Shown here piece after piece: positions 13,699 to 25,454 of a stretch of DNA of 64,000 nucleotides. Made by a program: the position numbers and the translations under genes. Every line of letters begins with the position of its first letter. The stretch's first letter is position 1. The stretch covers positions 1,302,001 to 1,366,000 of the forward strand of contig NW_027117347.1 of assembly GCF_038025025.1 (NCBI RefSeq), given 5' to 3'. The notes beneath the pieces were generated by a model. It worked only from the letters and a program-made list of their open reading frames with translations. It made no database searches and was not told the origin of the DNA. The DNA is from Phyllosticta citribraziliensis. Taxonomy: Eukaryota.

Positions 13699-14566
13699 GT
13701 CGCGCAGACTCAGCAAGGTGGAAGCTGCAGTGGCGCGCCGGAGCGCGGGAGCGGGAGTTGGAGCAACAATTCACAGCAGACGGGCGTGATCCAGCGCCGG
13801 GTAGCGGCGGGAGATATGGAGATTGACAGGCGCCAAAAGAGGAAACGGAGGCGGAAGAAGGCGAATTAAGAACGACTTGCGCCGGTGCCTGTCAGATGGG
13901 ATGAGCGGGCGTCGAGGGAGAGCAGGGCCCCGTCGACGCACAGGGACAGAGGAAGGGAGACGACAGGACGACGCTATTTGCGAGCTAGCTAGGCGATGGG
14001 CTACCGCAGTGGACGTCGGCGGCTGAACGCGGTGTCGAACGGGGGCTGCGAGGGGAGATGGAGGGAGCAAGCACCGAGCGCGGTGCAGGAGAGGACAGGC
14101 CAGGACAGGACAGGACCTGCGATAGGGGACGGACGTCTGGTGGGCGGCGACGACGGTGACGGGAGAGCCGTGGTGGGCGTGAGTGGGTGGTGAAAAGGGC
14201 AGGATTCTTGCGGTCGGGGATTCTGGTCTTTGTCCACCGTTCGCACGGGTCCTTCGAGGGCACCTCAGCGGCAACCCACCTCGCCCACCCACTCGTCGAA
14301 TCCTGATCAACTAGGCGCAGAATGGAAGACAGATCGACTTGAGGCACGTCAGAAAGAAGCCCCGGCCCCCAGCGTGCCGGGCAGCTGGCCTTGGACTGCT
14401 GGTACCGCTCAAGCGCCACCAGTCATGTTCTCGGCAGGCTTACCGCAAAGCAAGACGCCTGTTTAGCCTCCCGCGCGCCCAACCGAACCCTCTGCTGTCT
14501 GTCTCTGTCTGTGATCCCTTGGCCAGCACACCTCTGCTCGTCCGACACACACTCTCTCTCTTCACC

Positions 14567-15272
14567 ATGCTCCGTCTCCTGGCCGCCTCTGCTGCCCCCG
14601 CCGCTCGCCTTGGCCCTCGCCGCTTTCACGCCTCGGCCCGCTTGCCCGTCCCCAAGATCGGGGACTCCTTGCCCGATGTCCCGTTGTTCGAGGGCTCTCC
14701 CGCAAACAAGGTGAATCTTGCCCAGGAGCTGACAGACAAGGGCGTCATCGTCGGCGTTCCTGCGGCGTACAGTAAGTCATTTGCCCTGCCGCTCGCCTAC
14801 GTGGACTCGTCAGCTCACCTACAGGTCCTGCGTGCTCGGCCTCTCACATCCCGGGCTACATCAATTCCCCCAAGCTCAAGAATGCTGGCTCCGTCGTCGT
14901 CGTCTCCGTCAATGACCCCTTTGTGTATACACCACCCCCTCCCGTCTACTTCTCTCCTTGTAGGCTGACTCCATCGGCAGCATGAAGGCCTGGGGAAGTG
15001 GTTTGGACCCGGACGGTAAAAGCGGTATCCGCTTCCTCGCCGACACCCATGGTGACTTCACAAACGCCCTCGACTTGGCCTTTGACAGCAAGAAAATCTT
15101 TGGAAACGACCGCAGCAAGCGCTACGCCCTTGTCGTGGAGAACGGAAAGGTCAAGGCCGTCCACGTCGAACCTGACAATACCGGCGTGAACGGTAAGTTG
15201 CGTGTGCCGTCTCCCGGACGAGTAGTTACTAATTCGCATGTAGTCTCGGCTGCTGAGAAGGTCCTTGGTTGA
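14567..15272 (+). CDS. PRX5/AHP1-type peroxiredoxin (Redoxin) with predicted mitochondrial presequence
   Basis: Arg/Ala-rich leader MLRLLAASAAPAARLGPRRFH; VPAAYS|PACSASHIPGY (peroxidatic Cys) across intron 14772..14824; VNDPFVMKAW, IRFLAD, RSKRYALVVE. Confidence 0.9.
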
Positions 15273-16965
15273 CGTTCCCTCGCTACCACTGTTGAGCTGC
15301 CACCGATGCTGCGTGCAAAATTCCGTGGCCACAACCACAGTTTCCGTGGGCTGGCAGGCGTCTAAATGGCTTCCACGCCCTTCTCCGGTGTATTGAATAT
15401 TACTCGTCTGCTCTTCTTCCCTTCCCGGAAGTTGAACGGTCGTTGAACTTGCGTGCTTCGAGTCTGGCAATGTGATTAGAATCTCGACATCATTGACGTT
15501 TATAGGCCTCTGTTCCGCTCGCACCTGCATGCATGAAACCTCCCGATGGCGTTGACCACGCTGTCTATTTGATAGGTGGTTGTCCAATGTGATTGGCGAG
15601 CCCGTTGGCTCCGCGGTGTTGATATCCAATTTTAGAAGTACTTGCTATTGCTTGAAGTCCATGAGTGACGCAACAAGCAGAAGTGTTGGGATGGTTGTAC
15701 CGGAGAGGACTGTAGAGGGAGGAGAGGAGGGAGAGCGAGAGGGAAAGGGAAATGGTGGAAGAGAATTCACTAAGCGCAGACAGGCACACCTACGTTTCCT
15801 AATCGAGCAATCGCCCTCCGACTTCGAATGTGAGCGCAAACCAAAGGTCGGTCGTCCGGCGATATCTTAGCCCGACAATAACCATCGATGGTAGACTCCA
15901 AGGGAGGGCCACATTGTCGCTTTCCTTGTGTCCTGTTTTTGTTGTGCGTCTCACAGCCTTTTTCCGCCAACCCAAGTTCTTTACTCGCTGCATGTCAACC
16001 GACTTGCTCGCAAAAGCAACGAACCAGGCGTCCGGTTTTGGCAAACGGGAAACCACTGCAAGCAGCTTGTGAATGATGTCATCGTGCCCGGGGCTCCCTG
16101 GTAAGAGCTTGGAAAGGTACCTGAGTTGTGTCGACACACCACCTCCAACCCTTGTTACTGCACGCAGCTCATTTAGAATGCATGATAGCCGCAGTGACAC
16201 CTGATGCACGCGAGCGAGAATTGAAAAAGAGATTGGGGAAAAACTGAAGAAGGGGTGACGAATTCCTGCGCCTTCATGACTTGCGCCGACGTAGAGTTAA
16301 TTTTCGTAAAACCGATGTTTGGGCGACAAGGACGCGGAGAGGCTCAATTTCTTGGAAAAGAAGTTACGCGACTCGAATTTCGAACACTCGCAAACTTGCC
16401 CGCTCATTTGTACTCAGGGTGCCAGCTTTCCATCACCAGGGGAGCACATTTCGAGTTGAGCAAAGTAATCAGAGTCTCATGGAGATGCTGGACATGGTAA
16501 AGTAGCAGTAGTCTGAGATATCTCTAGATGGAAACAGGCCACTGCAGGATGTAGACGTGGAGTCCCCTGTAGTCCCAACAGTTGAACTCTTCCCGCTTGC
16601 CCCCTTCAAAGAGCCGCGATGCCCAACGGTACCTAGATGTCTTGCGGGATCACAAAGCGAGGGAAGTTTGATGGATACAAGTCTGACGCGCTGAAGTTGT
16701 AAGGCAGGCAGTGTTTGGCGGATGCACCTCCGCAGGTGAGGAAGAGAAGGGAAGCCGTCTGGCGGGCCGATGCGTGGAGCCTAAGGTACCTAGGTAATTG
16801 CCGACTCGCTCGGGCCACACGCCTAACGACGCGTCTTCCCGCGTCGCGTCTTCTGGCTTGCTCCATCATCCCCACAACATTGCTTGGACAACCACCATTG
16901 ACCGTCTTGACCCCAATTTTGTGCCACCCATCTTGAGCTTTCTGCCCCCAGGGCAAAGTCTCATC

Positions 16966-19900
16966 ATGAAGAGGTCTACACGGTCTTCTTCAAGCCAAAA
17001 GGAGAGCAGCCCACAGCTGCCTCCTGGCAAGAAACGCAAGATCTTGGGTTCTGCGAATCTGCCAAATGTGACGGGTGAGAGTCCTCACGGAGGTGATATC
17101 AACCTCTTATCGATAAGCTCATTCAGAAAGTCACTGACCTCACTTACTATTCTAGCTCAACCATCTCTCCAAGTCCTTCCAACCCCGCCTGACAGTCGCT
17201 CTGAATCTGCCGAGAACCAGACAATCGAGAATGCCACCGGAAGGCCCCAACGCGCTGCCAAACTCCGTTGCCAAAGCCAGTTCAAGTTCCTCGGCGACCA
17301 AATCGACGGCGAGTCAGACAATGAGTCCTCCATAAGCGAACCATACGAAGAGGACCCCGAGGTCGACTATGTCGAAGACGAAGCCTCTGGCGAGGAGGTT
17401 GAGAGTGAGCATTCAGAGGATGAAGAAGCTGAAGAGGACAACGAGGAAGAATCTGAAGTAGAAGAGCTCGCCATTGCAGAGCCTTCCAAGGCCCGTCCTC
17501 GTACGACACGTCCCCCGAACGACTCCAAGAGAGGCCTTGATCCAAACCTGCCTCCGCTCTCCGACATTCAGGACATTTTCACGGACCTGACGCAGAAAGC
17601 TCTGGACAATGGCCTGGACAAAGCGCTCCAAGTTCTTGCTGGTACGAAACTGCGCATAGCAACCATGTGTTCTGGCACCGAGAGTCCGTTGCTTGCACTA
17701 CAGCTTGCCTCAACCGCTCTCGAAAAGCTGGGCCAGAAGCCTCTGCAGCTCGAGCACGTCTTCTCAGCCGAGATTGTACCCCGCAAGCAGGCGTACATCG
17801 AGCGAAACTTCAAACCGCCCATCATCTTCCGTGATGTCCGCGAGTTCAGTCGAGATGATGCCATGGAGACAGGAGCAACGAACGTCTACGGTGCCAAAGT
17901 GCCTATTCCGGGAGATGTTGACCTCTTGGTTGCTGGGTCGTCTTGCGTCGACTTTTCCATGTTGAACACGAAAAAAGGCAAAAAAGGCAAAATCCCCAAA
18001 GGAGAGTCGCAGGAAACGCTGAAAGCAATCCTGGACTACGTGAGCAAGTGGAAACCCACGCTTCTCATAATCGAAAATGTTTCCGGCGCTCCATGGAAGG
18101 AGTTGAAAGCCTATGCCGAAGGTTATGGCTACCAGGCGGATTTTGTCAAAGTCGACACTAAAGATTTCTACCTCCCCCAGACCCGAATGAGAGGATACAT
18201 GTTTTGGATTCGCCAGGATCGCTCGAACAACAATAGCAAGGCCCTCAACCAGTGGTCCGAGCTGATGAAGAAAAGCTTCAGGCGTCGGGCCAGCGCTCCC
18301 GCAAGTGCATTTCTCCTTCCTGGCGATGACCCTAGGGTGCATCAGTTCAACTCTGAGCTGTCTCGCATCTATCAGAATTGGGTCAGGTCACGCATCGTCG
18401 AATGGAATGCGTGCCGAAGGCGCCACGAAAACGTCCGGAGTGAGGAACAGCTCGGAGAAAAGAAGCCAATCACGGAGTGGGTCAAAGGAGGTACCTGCGT
18501 GACATATGACCATGCCCACAAATTGTGGTTGCTCAAGATGCCCGAGAGAGTCTGGGACTCTATTGACATCAGATTCTTGCGAGCTGCCATCAAAGGATTC
18601 GACCCCAACTTCAAGACGATGATCATGGAGCTGTCGCAGAATGTTGACAGAGGTGGCGAGACGGCGTTTGGCATTTGTTCCTGCATTACCCCCTCTGGAA
18701 TTTTCTACCTCACCGACCGCGCTGCTCCGATGACCCCGCACGAGACTTTGGCACTCCAGGGCATTCCTCTTGACAAAATCTCTCTCACGGTCGAAAGCAT
18801 GACCGAAGTCCAGGACTTGGCTGGGAACGCGATGAGCAGTACTGTAGTTGGAGCTGCTCAGCTTGCTGCTCTCATTGTCGCATGGCCTTCGTTGAAGCGC
18901 ACCGGCAAGAGGTGTGCTCAACTATCTGCAACCAAATCCAAAGTACGATCCTCATTTGTCGGTCAAGAGCTTCTGAAGGTCTCTCACAACGACCTAGACT
19001 ACCGACCTCTGGCTCCAGACTTTGATGTCAGCAAACTTTGTGTCGAAGCGATCCAGAGCCGTCGAGGATGTTATTGTGAAGGAACTTGGGAGACTGCGCG
19101 CACCAGCATTTCGGTTTGCATTGAATGCGGACATCGTGCATGCTCTGCTTGCAAAGGCAAGCCGGTACACAACTACCGCTTGGACGATTCCATTTCTTTG
19201 ACGCCCCAGAAGTTCTCTGCCGAATGGAAGCGACACCTCCCAATTGCCCTGCAACTCATTGATCTGCCTGAAATCCAGCATCTAGAGGCATCCATGCTCC
19301 ACTACGTCTCCGGGCATTCTCTCGGCGACTTGGACAAGCAGCTTTTGGGCGACTACTGCGATGCTGTCGAAAGTATTCGGAATGAGAAGCTCACGTTCCG
19401 CCATCTCAAGCGCACTTCATACGTTCCATGGGTTGCCCGGTATGCTTCATCAAAGGCAGTTGCAGAGTTGGAGATTGGCACCACTGCAGAGTGGAAGCTC
19501 TACGTCACGCCATCCAATCTCCTTGTATCCAATGGCACAACTCGAAAATTTCTGGAACGGCCTGTCGCTCGTGCCAAACTCTCATCCGATCGTTGGACCG
19601 CAGATTGGGAGTGGCTTTTGCCGTCACTGCAAACATATGCGATTCAAATCAAAGGCAGTGAGGAGAAGAAACTCGCTTGGCGGGCTGAGTATGGTTTGAT
19701 CGAGCACCAAAACGAAACCCTCCCCAGCTCCCTCGAGATTGGACCCGCGACTGCTCAAACCGGTGATGTCTCCGGCACGTATCGACATCTTCCCAAGTGT
19801 GGCACTGCTTGCTCTTCTTTATACCGTCGAGATGGTGCTACGTCTCTATACCTCTTCTTGGATCCTACACGTGTTGGTCCTATCAACGAGGATCGTTTCG

Positions 19901-22900
19901 TATTCTCTTCCAACCCGGAAAGATTGGATTATGGAGAGCCAAGAGAGACAATTGCAGTCTTGGCTTCAACCTTTCGCCCGTGGGACCCAGAAAGCTTTGC
20001 GACGACTGTGACCCCAGCCGTGTGGATGAAGGACACGGCAATGTCCATGGCTCCGGTCGACGTGAAGCGAGTCATCAGAAGATTGTATCCCTGTTCCGAC
20101 GAGCAAAGCATTGCCTCGAAGTGCTCGGACGTCTTGGCTATCCTCAACGTCGAATGTCATCACCATGGCATGCAAACAGGCGTTTACCGAGCCGTTGATG
20201 GCGATATGGGAGACTTCTTCTCCAAGTTCAGCTGGATGCTGGAGAACGGCGCAGAGCTTTCTCATCTGACTTCTTGGATGCCACTGAGCAACAACTTGGA
20301 CGGCGCATGCACACAATGCTCTCCACAACCTCCCCCGCTGCGATGGAGACCTGAGGCAGGGAGTAACAGGGGTGGCAACAACAAGGTTCAACTTGTCTCT
20401 CATCAAGACCCCCATCTCAGCGCACAATTTGAGCGAGGCCTGAAGACGCGCCCATCGATTTTGGAGGCGGAAGTCAATGTCGATCCCATATCCGGCGCTT
20501 GCAGCATTCTGATTGGGGTGAATCCTATTTCTTTGGCTCATAGAGCTTGGGGCCTCTTGAAAAAAGACCGCGCCACACTCAGTTGGAATTTGGATTCCAG
20601 TTGGACGCCCTATGGAGTTGGCGACTTTCCTGCATTTTCTTTGAAGAACAACAAGAAAGACATTGAGCACGCACAACCAGCAGGTTTCAGGCTCCAGTTG
20701 AAACCATCTCAGCTGCGCTCGCTCACTTGGATGCGTTCTCAAGAAAAGGGCATCGCATTCACCTTGGAAGAGGTCGAGGAAGAAGTGATTGCCCCTTTGC
20801 ATTGGAAAATCGAAGGCAGAGCACAAGCCGACATCACAGTCAAGGGCGGTGTTGTTGCAGACCAAGTGTCCTTCGGCAAGACCGTCACGTCCTTGGCCTT
20901 GATCCACCAAGGCTTTTTGGAGACACAAGCCCCGCCCGACGATGACGGCTCGGGACTTATCCACCTGAAAGCTACCTTGGTGGTGGTTCCGGCCCAATTG
21001 CCAGACCAATGGTTTTCTCAAATTCAGAAGTGTCTTGACAACTCTTTCTACGGCAAAAAAAACGTTTTGGTCATCAAGTCCCTCAAGGATCTGCAATCAA
21101 CGCAGATCAAAGACTTTCAGGCCGCAAAGGTTGTCATCGTCTCGTTTGCCCTCTTCGAGAACGACTCGTACATGAAACAATTTGAAAACATCACTGCCAT
21201 GCCCGTCTGTCCCACAAAGGAAGGACGTGCTTTCATGGAGTGGTTCAAGTACGCAATGGATAGAATTCCGGGAATGAATTCAATGCTCAAGAAGCTCGGC
21301 AAGCGGGCCTTTCAGAGCTACCTCAAAGAAGAGGCTACGAGGACTGAGGCCCATGAAGACTTCCACGGAATCGCGCCGTCGAAGCGCACAAAAGGAGCAA
21401 AATACAAAGGATTTGAGGCAGCTGAACAGGAAAATCGCGCCGGAAAGGCGGAGAGTGCGAGCAAAAAACACAAAACTCCGGCCTGTTCCGGAGACTGGGA
21501 TCAGTCTCAATTTCCAGTGCTGCACCAGTTCCGGTTCAACCGCTTGATTGTCGACGAGTTCACTTATCCAATGGAGATGAAGAGAACAAGTCGGAAGAAC
21601 CAAATTCTTCTCCACACCCACTTGACAACATTGAGCGCCGACAAGCGGTGGATCTTGTCCGGTACTCCGCCTCTCTCCGACTTTGCTGATGTCAAGCGCA
21701 TCGCGTCATACCTCAGCGTCAATTTGGGTATTGATTGTGATGCACCCGGAGTGATCTCGCAGGAAAACGCCAAAGCCCTCCGGAAAGAACAGACCGATTT
21801 CGAAATATTTCTGTCTTTCCGAATCAAGAGATCCGCAGCTTGGCATGTGCGCCGCCATGCGCTCGCTCAAGAGTTTCTGAATCGATTTGCTCGGCAGAAC
21901 GTGGCTGAGCTAGGTCACATCAAATGCTCGATTTCTCTGCATCCTGTCCGGCTGAGGCCGCATCACATGGCCGCGTATCAAGAACTTTGTGCCCAGCTTG
22001 AAACCACAGACAGCGACGTCAAGAGTGCCTCGCCTGACAAGAATGACGGAGGCCATCGCTTTGAGCAGATCAGACAGTCTTTGCAGGGCCAAGATTTTAC
22101 AGAAGTGGCCTTGATGACACGCGCAGCTAGCGACCGTGTGGACTCTGTCGAAAGCACCACGGCGTGCTTGGGTGTCATTGCGACACGCCATGCTGAAATG
22201 AGGGCCTGGGATGTCAAAATGAAGAAACTTGTCGGGGTCGCAAAGAAGCTGCTGCGCCGGTTCCCAGGCCAGGCGAAAGAATTTAACAACTGGGCAGCCA
22301 AGTACCTGGTCGATAGTCCGATCGTCTGCGACAAGGATTCCCACTCGTTCATTCGCAAGGCCATCATCGAACAGAAAGACCCCGCAGGTGTCGTGGATGA
22401 AAGTGTCACGCTGAAGAAATTCGTTCGAAAGACCCTGACTGCCGAGGAGCGCAGATATGTGGATGCACGAAGGTCACTTCGATCGTCAAGAGCTGTCGGA
22501 AGGATTGTCGAGTCTGCCCGCCAGGAAGTCAACGTGAAGTGCAAGAGCTGCGACACAGACCCTCCCCACGAAGTTGCCGCGCAGGACTCGGCAGTCATCA
22601 TTGGCTGCGGCCACCTTGTGTGTCAGCAGTGCCTTGAGTTGGTGCTGTCTACGAGAAAGTGCCAGGTTGATGGTTGCGACATGGACGTTGATTTTTCGGG
22701 TGTTCTGCATGGCGACCACCTTTGCTCGCTCGAGGACCTCCCGTCAGAGGAGACGAGTTTCGGTGCCAAGTTGGACGAGATCGTCGACCTTATCGAAGAC
22801 CGCTCGAAGATCAAAGATGACGAGCAGGTCATAATTTTCGTCCAATCGCAAGACATAGTTGCCATCATGGGCCACGCGTTGGAGAGTCGCCATGTTCCGT

Positions 22901-23439
22901 TTCACGCCATCAGTCGCGCTGAGGAAAGGTCATCAAAACAGATCCAGGAGTTTGTCAACTACCGCCGTTACATCAGCGGCAGGCTCAACCCTAAGTTCAA
23001 AAGGGTGCTTATCCTCAATCAGACCGACGAGAGTGCTGCGGGAACCGACCTATTCAACGCAAACCACGTTATCTTCGTGTCTCCTCTGTTAGAGACCACC
23101 CCTGGAGCCTATCAAGCGAAGATGGACCAGGCAATCGGTCGCGCGCGGCGCCTTGGTCAGAAGAAGCAGGTTCACGTCCATCGCTTCTTCGCTATGCACA
23201 CCATTGACGTGGAATTGATGGAGCAGAAGGAGCGCCGGTACGATGGACTTGTGGAAGGGCCCGAGATGCCACTGCTTTGGGAGCCCGAAAACACCACGGA
23301 AAAGGAGCATTGCCGTGTCGTCAGTCTAAACGATGGCAAAATGGCGCTGCTGCCAGAATCGTGGGTGATCAACGAGCAGAAGGCAAGGGACGCGGGATTC
23401 GATCTTGGCGTTCCCGCCGAAGCGGCTGAAGAGGCGTGA
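16966..23439 (+). CDS. DMT5: DNMT5-family cytosine-5 DNA methyltransferase fused to a SNF2 ATPase with RING finger
   Basis: MTase motifs: ATMCSGTESP (I), FSAEI (II), DLLVAGSSCVDFS (IV), IENV (VI), LPQTRMRGY (VIII), DLAGNAM (X). SNF2 motifs: GGVVADQVSFGKT, RLIVDEF, LSGTP, QAIGRARRLGQKKQV. RING-like C..C...CGHLVCQQC...C. A possible in-frame 81-nt intron lies at 17075..17155. Confidence 0.92.
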   Translation: MKRSTRSSSSQKESSPQLPPGKKRKILGSANLPNVTGESPHGGDINLLSISSFRKSLTSLTILAQPSLQVLPTPPDSRSESAENQTIENATGRPQRAAKLRCQSQFKFLGDQIDGESDNESSISEPYEEDPEVDYVEDEASGEEVESEHSEDEEAEEDNEEESEVEELAIAEPSKARPRTTRPPNDSKRGLDPNLPPLSDIQDIFTDLTQKALDNGLDKALQVLAGTKLRIATMCSGTESPLLALQLASTALEKLGQKPLQLEHVFSAEIVPRKQAYIERNFKPPIIFRDVREFSRDDAMETGATNVYGAKVPIPGDVDLLVAGSSCVDFSMLNTKKGKKGKIPKGESQETLKAILDYVSKWKPTLLIIENVSGAPWKELKAYAEGYGYQADFVKVDTKDFYLPQTRMRGYMFWIRQDRSNNNSKALNQWSELMKKSFRRRASAPASAFLLPGDDPRVHQFNSELSRIYQNWVRSRIVEWNACRRRHENVRSEEQLGEKKPITEWVKGGTCVTYDHAHKLWLLKMPERVWDSIDIRFLRAAIKGFDPNFKTMIMELSQNVDRGGETAFGICSCITPSGIFYLTDRAAPMTPHETLALQGIPLDKISLTVESMTEVQDLAGNAMSSTVVGAAQLAALIVAWPSLKRTGKRCAQLSATKSKVRSSFVGQELLKVSHNDLDYRPLAPDFDVSKLCVEAIQSRRGCYCEGTWETARTSISVCIECGHRACSACKGKPVHNYRLDDSISLTPQKFSAEWKRHLPIALQLIDLPEIQHLEASMLHYVSGHSLGDLDKQLLGDYCDAVESIRNEKLTFRHLKRTSYVPWVARYASSKAVAELEIGTTAEWKLYVTPSNLLVSNGTTRKFLERPVARAKLSSDRWTADWEWLLPSLQTYAIQIKGSEEKKLAWRAEYGLIEHQNETLPSSLEIGPATAQTGDVSGTYRHLPKCGTACSSLYRRDGATSLYLFLDPTRVGPINEDRFVFSSNPERLDYGEPRETIAVLASTFRPWDPESFATTVTPAVWMKDTAMSMAPVDVKRVIRRLYPCSDEQSIASKCSDVLAILNVECHHHGMQTGVYRAVDGDMGDFFSKFSWMLENGAELSHLTSWMPLSNNLDGACTQCSPQPPPLRWRPEAGSNRGGNNKVQLVSHQDPHLSAQFERGLKTRPSILEAEVNVDPISGACSILIGVNPISLAHRAWGLLKKDRATLSWNLDSSWTPYGVGDFPAFSLKNNKKDIEHAQPAGFRLQLKPSQLRSLTWMRSQEKGIAFTLEEVEEEVIAPLHWKIEGRAQADITVKGGVVADQVSFGKTVTSLALIHQGFLETQAPPDDDGSGLIHLKATLVVVPAQLPDQWFSQIQKCLDNSFYGKKNVLVIKSLKDLQSTQIKDFQAAKVVIVSFALFENDSYMKQFENITAMPVCPTKEGRAFMEWFKYAMDRIPGMNSMLKKLGKRAFQSYLKEEATRTEAHEDFHGIAPSKRTKGAKYKGFEAAEQENRAGKAESASKKHKTPACSGDWDQSQFPVLHQFRFNRLIVDEFTYPMEMKRTSRKNQILLHTHLTTLSADKRWILSGTPPLSDFADVKRIASYLSVNLGIDCDAPGVISQENAKALRKEQTDFEIFLSFRIKRSAAWHVRRHALAQEFLNRFARQNVAELGHIKCSISLHPVRLRPHHMAAYQELCAQLETTDSDVKSASPDKNDGGHRFEQIRQSLQGQDFTEVALMTRAASDRVDSVESTTACLGVIATRHAEMRAWDVKMKKLVGVAKKLLRRFPGQAKEFNNWAAKYLVDSPIVCDKDSHSFIRKAIIEQKDPAGVVDESVTLKKFVRKTLTAEERRYVDARRSLRSSRAVGRIVESARQEVNVKCKSCDTDPPHEVAAQDSAVIIGCGHLVCQQCLELVLSTRKCQVDGCDMDVDFSGVLHGDHLCSLEDLPSEETSFGAKLDEIVDLIEDRSKIKDDEQVIIFVQSQDIVAIMGHALESRHVPFHAISRAEERSSKQIQEFVNYRRYISGRLNPKFKRVLILNQTDESAAGTDLFNANHVIFVSPLLETTPGAYQAKMDQAIGRARRLGQKKQVHVHRFFAMHTIDVELMEQKERRYDGLVEGPEMPLLWEPENTTEKEHCRVVSLNDGKMALLPESWVINEQKARDAGFDLGVPAEAAEEA

Positions 23440-25454
23440 AGAGGAGGATTCTATTCGTCGGCGAAGTTTCGCGAAACGCAGGATAAGGAAGAGTGCAGGA
23501 GCTTCTCAGTTGGTCGTGGGCAAAGATTGTTTGCGCTGTTGTTGGCACACCAACAGGGGGTGGCTGTCTTTGGGGATCAAGGGGGAACCTTGCACCATTA
23601 AGGTTTTGGTCTAGCCCCAAGATGGCATCTGTGCGTCCTTTTGTGTTTCGGGTGCCGTCGACGAGCACGAAAAAGGTAGAGTGTTGTTTTGATCTTCCTA
23701 GTTTTGGTTTCGGCGGTTTTCTTTTGGGAGTCTTGCAGCTTGGACATGGTGTTTACTATGGACAAGATGGCGGCTCTTGAAAGCTTGGTGGTGGGGCTGG
23801 TCTAGCGACTCTGCACCTCTGCACTTCGTCTTTTCTTTTGTTTTCTGTACGCGATACCCCTTGATAGTTAGACAAACTCCAATAATTCTTGATTTTCCCA
23901 GCCGCCGCCCTGCGCGCGACACCAGTGTCGTCAACGCCACAATCGCCGTCTCTCCATTCGCCCCTCCAACGTCGTCGTCCTCGCAACGCAAGCCTCAGCC
24001 TTACACCGCGCCGCAGCCACATACCTAGACGACTTTATCTAAACCGCAAATTCCTGGGGCCAATCTAGCCTGCCACCTTGCCACTGACGACACTATTTGG
24101 GGGTTCCCTCGTTGCGCCAGGCTTATCTTGGAGGGCTGTCGTTGCGCCTCTCCTCCACATCAAACACTGCGCTCTTCCTCTTTGCGCCCTACCAAACTGC
24201 GTTTCCCGGGCATAGAATCGCGCTGCTCCTCGCCCCAGTTAGCAGTCGTCGGGCTGGCTGCTGCTATCCATCTGGCGAAAACACGGGCGCGTCAGCGCGC
24301 CGTCAACACAAGTCACGCGCCGTCTCACGTCCTCTGTGCTGATCAATTTGCAACGGAGCGACTGTTTGTTGACCTTGGGCCTCCATATACGCTTCGCTCC
24401 CTCTCTTTTGCGTCGCGTGTTGGTCTCTCCGATGCGGCCTCCTTCTCGTCCATCATATCCATCGATTTCCTGGCGCTCATACCGATCTGGGTTCTTTGAT
24501 ACCGATCCCGAAAATTCTGCGTCCTCGGCCAAACTACCATCGCAACTGTTGCGTCCGGATCTAAACGCTGCTGTCCAAAGCGCCTGTACGGACTTGGCGA
24601 CGAAAGCCTGAGAAGAGGAGTGCAGAGTCGAGTCAACTGGCTGACTTGGAAATATTCGACGAGGTGAGTAGAGAATTTGCGCGGAATGATTTGAGCAGTA
24701 CGCTCGCTTTTCGTGTTACTTTGCAAGATTGGCATTTCGTACTGTGTTTTGCCTTCTTTCCAGCACAATGGTCCTCGACGGGTGTATGCAGCGTATGGCA
24801 AACAGAAAATGTTGCTCGCGTTCAAACGCCGCGCGGGCCATTTCCTCGATGTGGACGCGATCCCTCGCGACTGTTTTACACGACCTCGCCATCAACTACT
24901 TCAAATCCACGACTACCCCTTACCCTAGTCTCTGGATCATGCGTCCCGGTTCGTCTGCAGGGGCTGCGAACGCCTCGCTTACCCCGGCAGAACGCTGAAG
25001 AAACTTGCGGTCAAGCAGCCTTACCACGTACAACTCTTTGATCCACTTTCGCGTGTCGATTTACTCATGTACCTTGTCATGCGATACCCCACTGGACCTG
25101 GTTGAATCGACTTTGTCTGTGCGCTTTTCTTTTGTTTACCGTCAAGTCCGCTGCGATTGGAAAGTTGGCTGACTCTTGTCAATGTATAGGCCTGAGGTTG
25201 TGTAAGATCTGGAAGCATCTCGTGCACTGGTGTCTGAGACTGTATTGGCATATTTTGTACGTTGACATTCACTTTGAGGGTGCCCTTAATACATTCCCGC
25301 CACAGGACCAGGTTGGATCGTACTACATAATCGTTAAGGACCATTCTGTTCCGTCGAACATTCACCATTGTGGGACCAGGAACCGCAGCAGGACCATTTA
25401 CACACCTCCAACTATTGAAATAATCCTCTGGATCCGAAGTTACTCAACCCGAGT

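Noticed and set aside
16798..16965. N-terminal extension of the 2213-aa DNMT5 ORF
   Set aside because: The ORF track starts at a TTG. The first ATG in good context is at 16966.
23700..25450. Cluster of short ORFs and a GTGAGT...CAG intron-like segment (24664..24763)
   Set aside because: No coherent protein could be assembled. It may be a 5' UTR or a decayed gene but cannot be supported.
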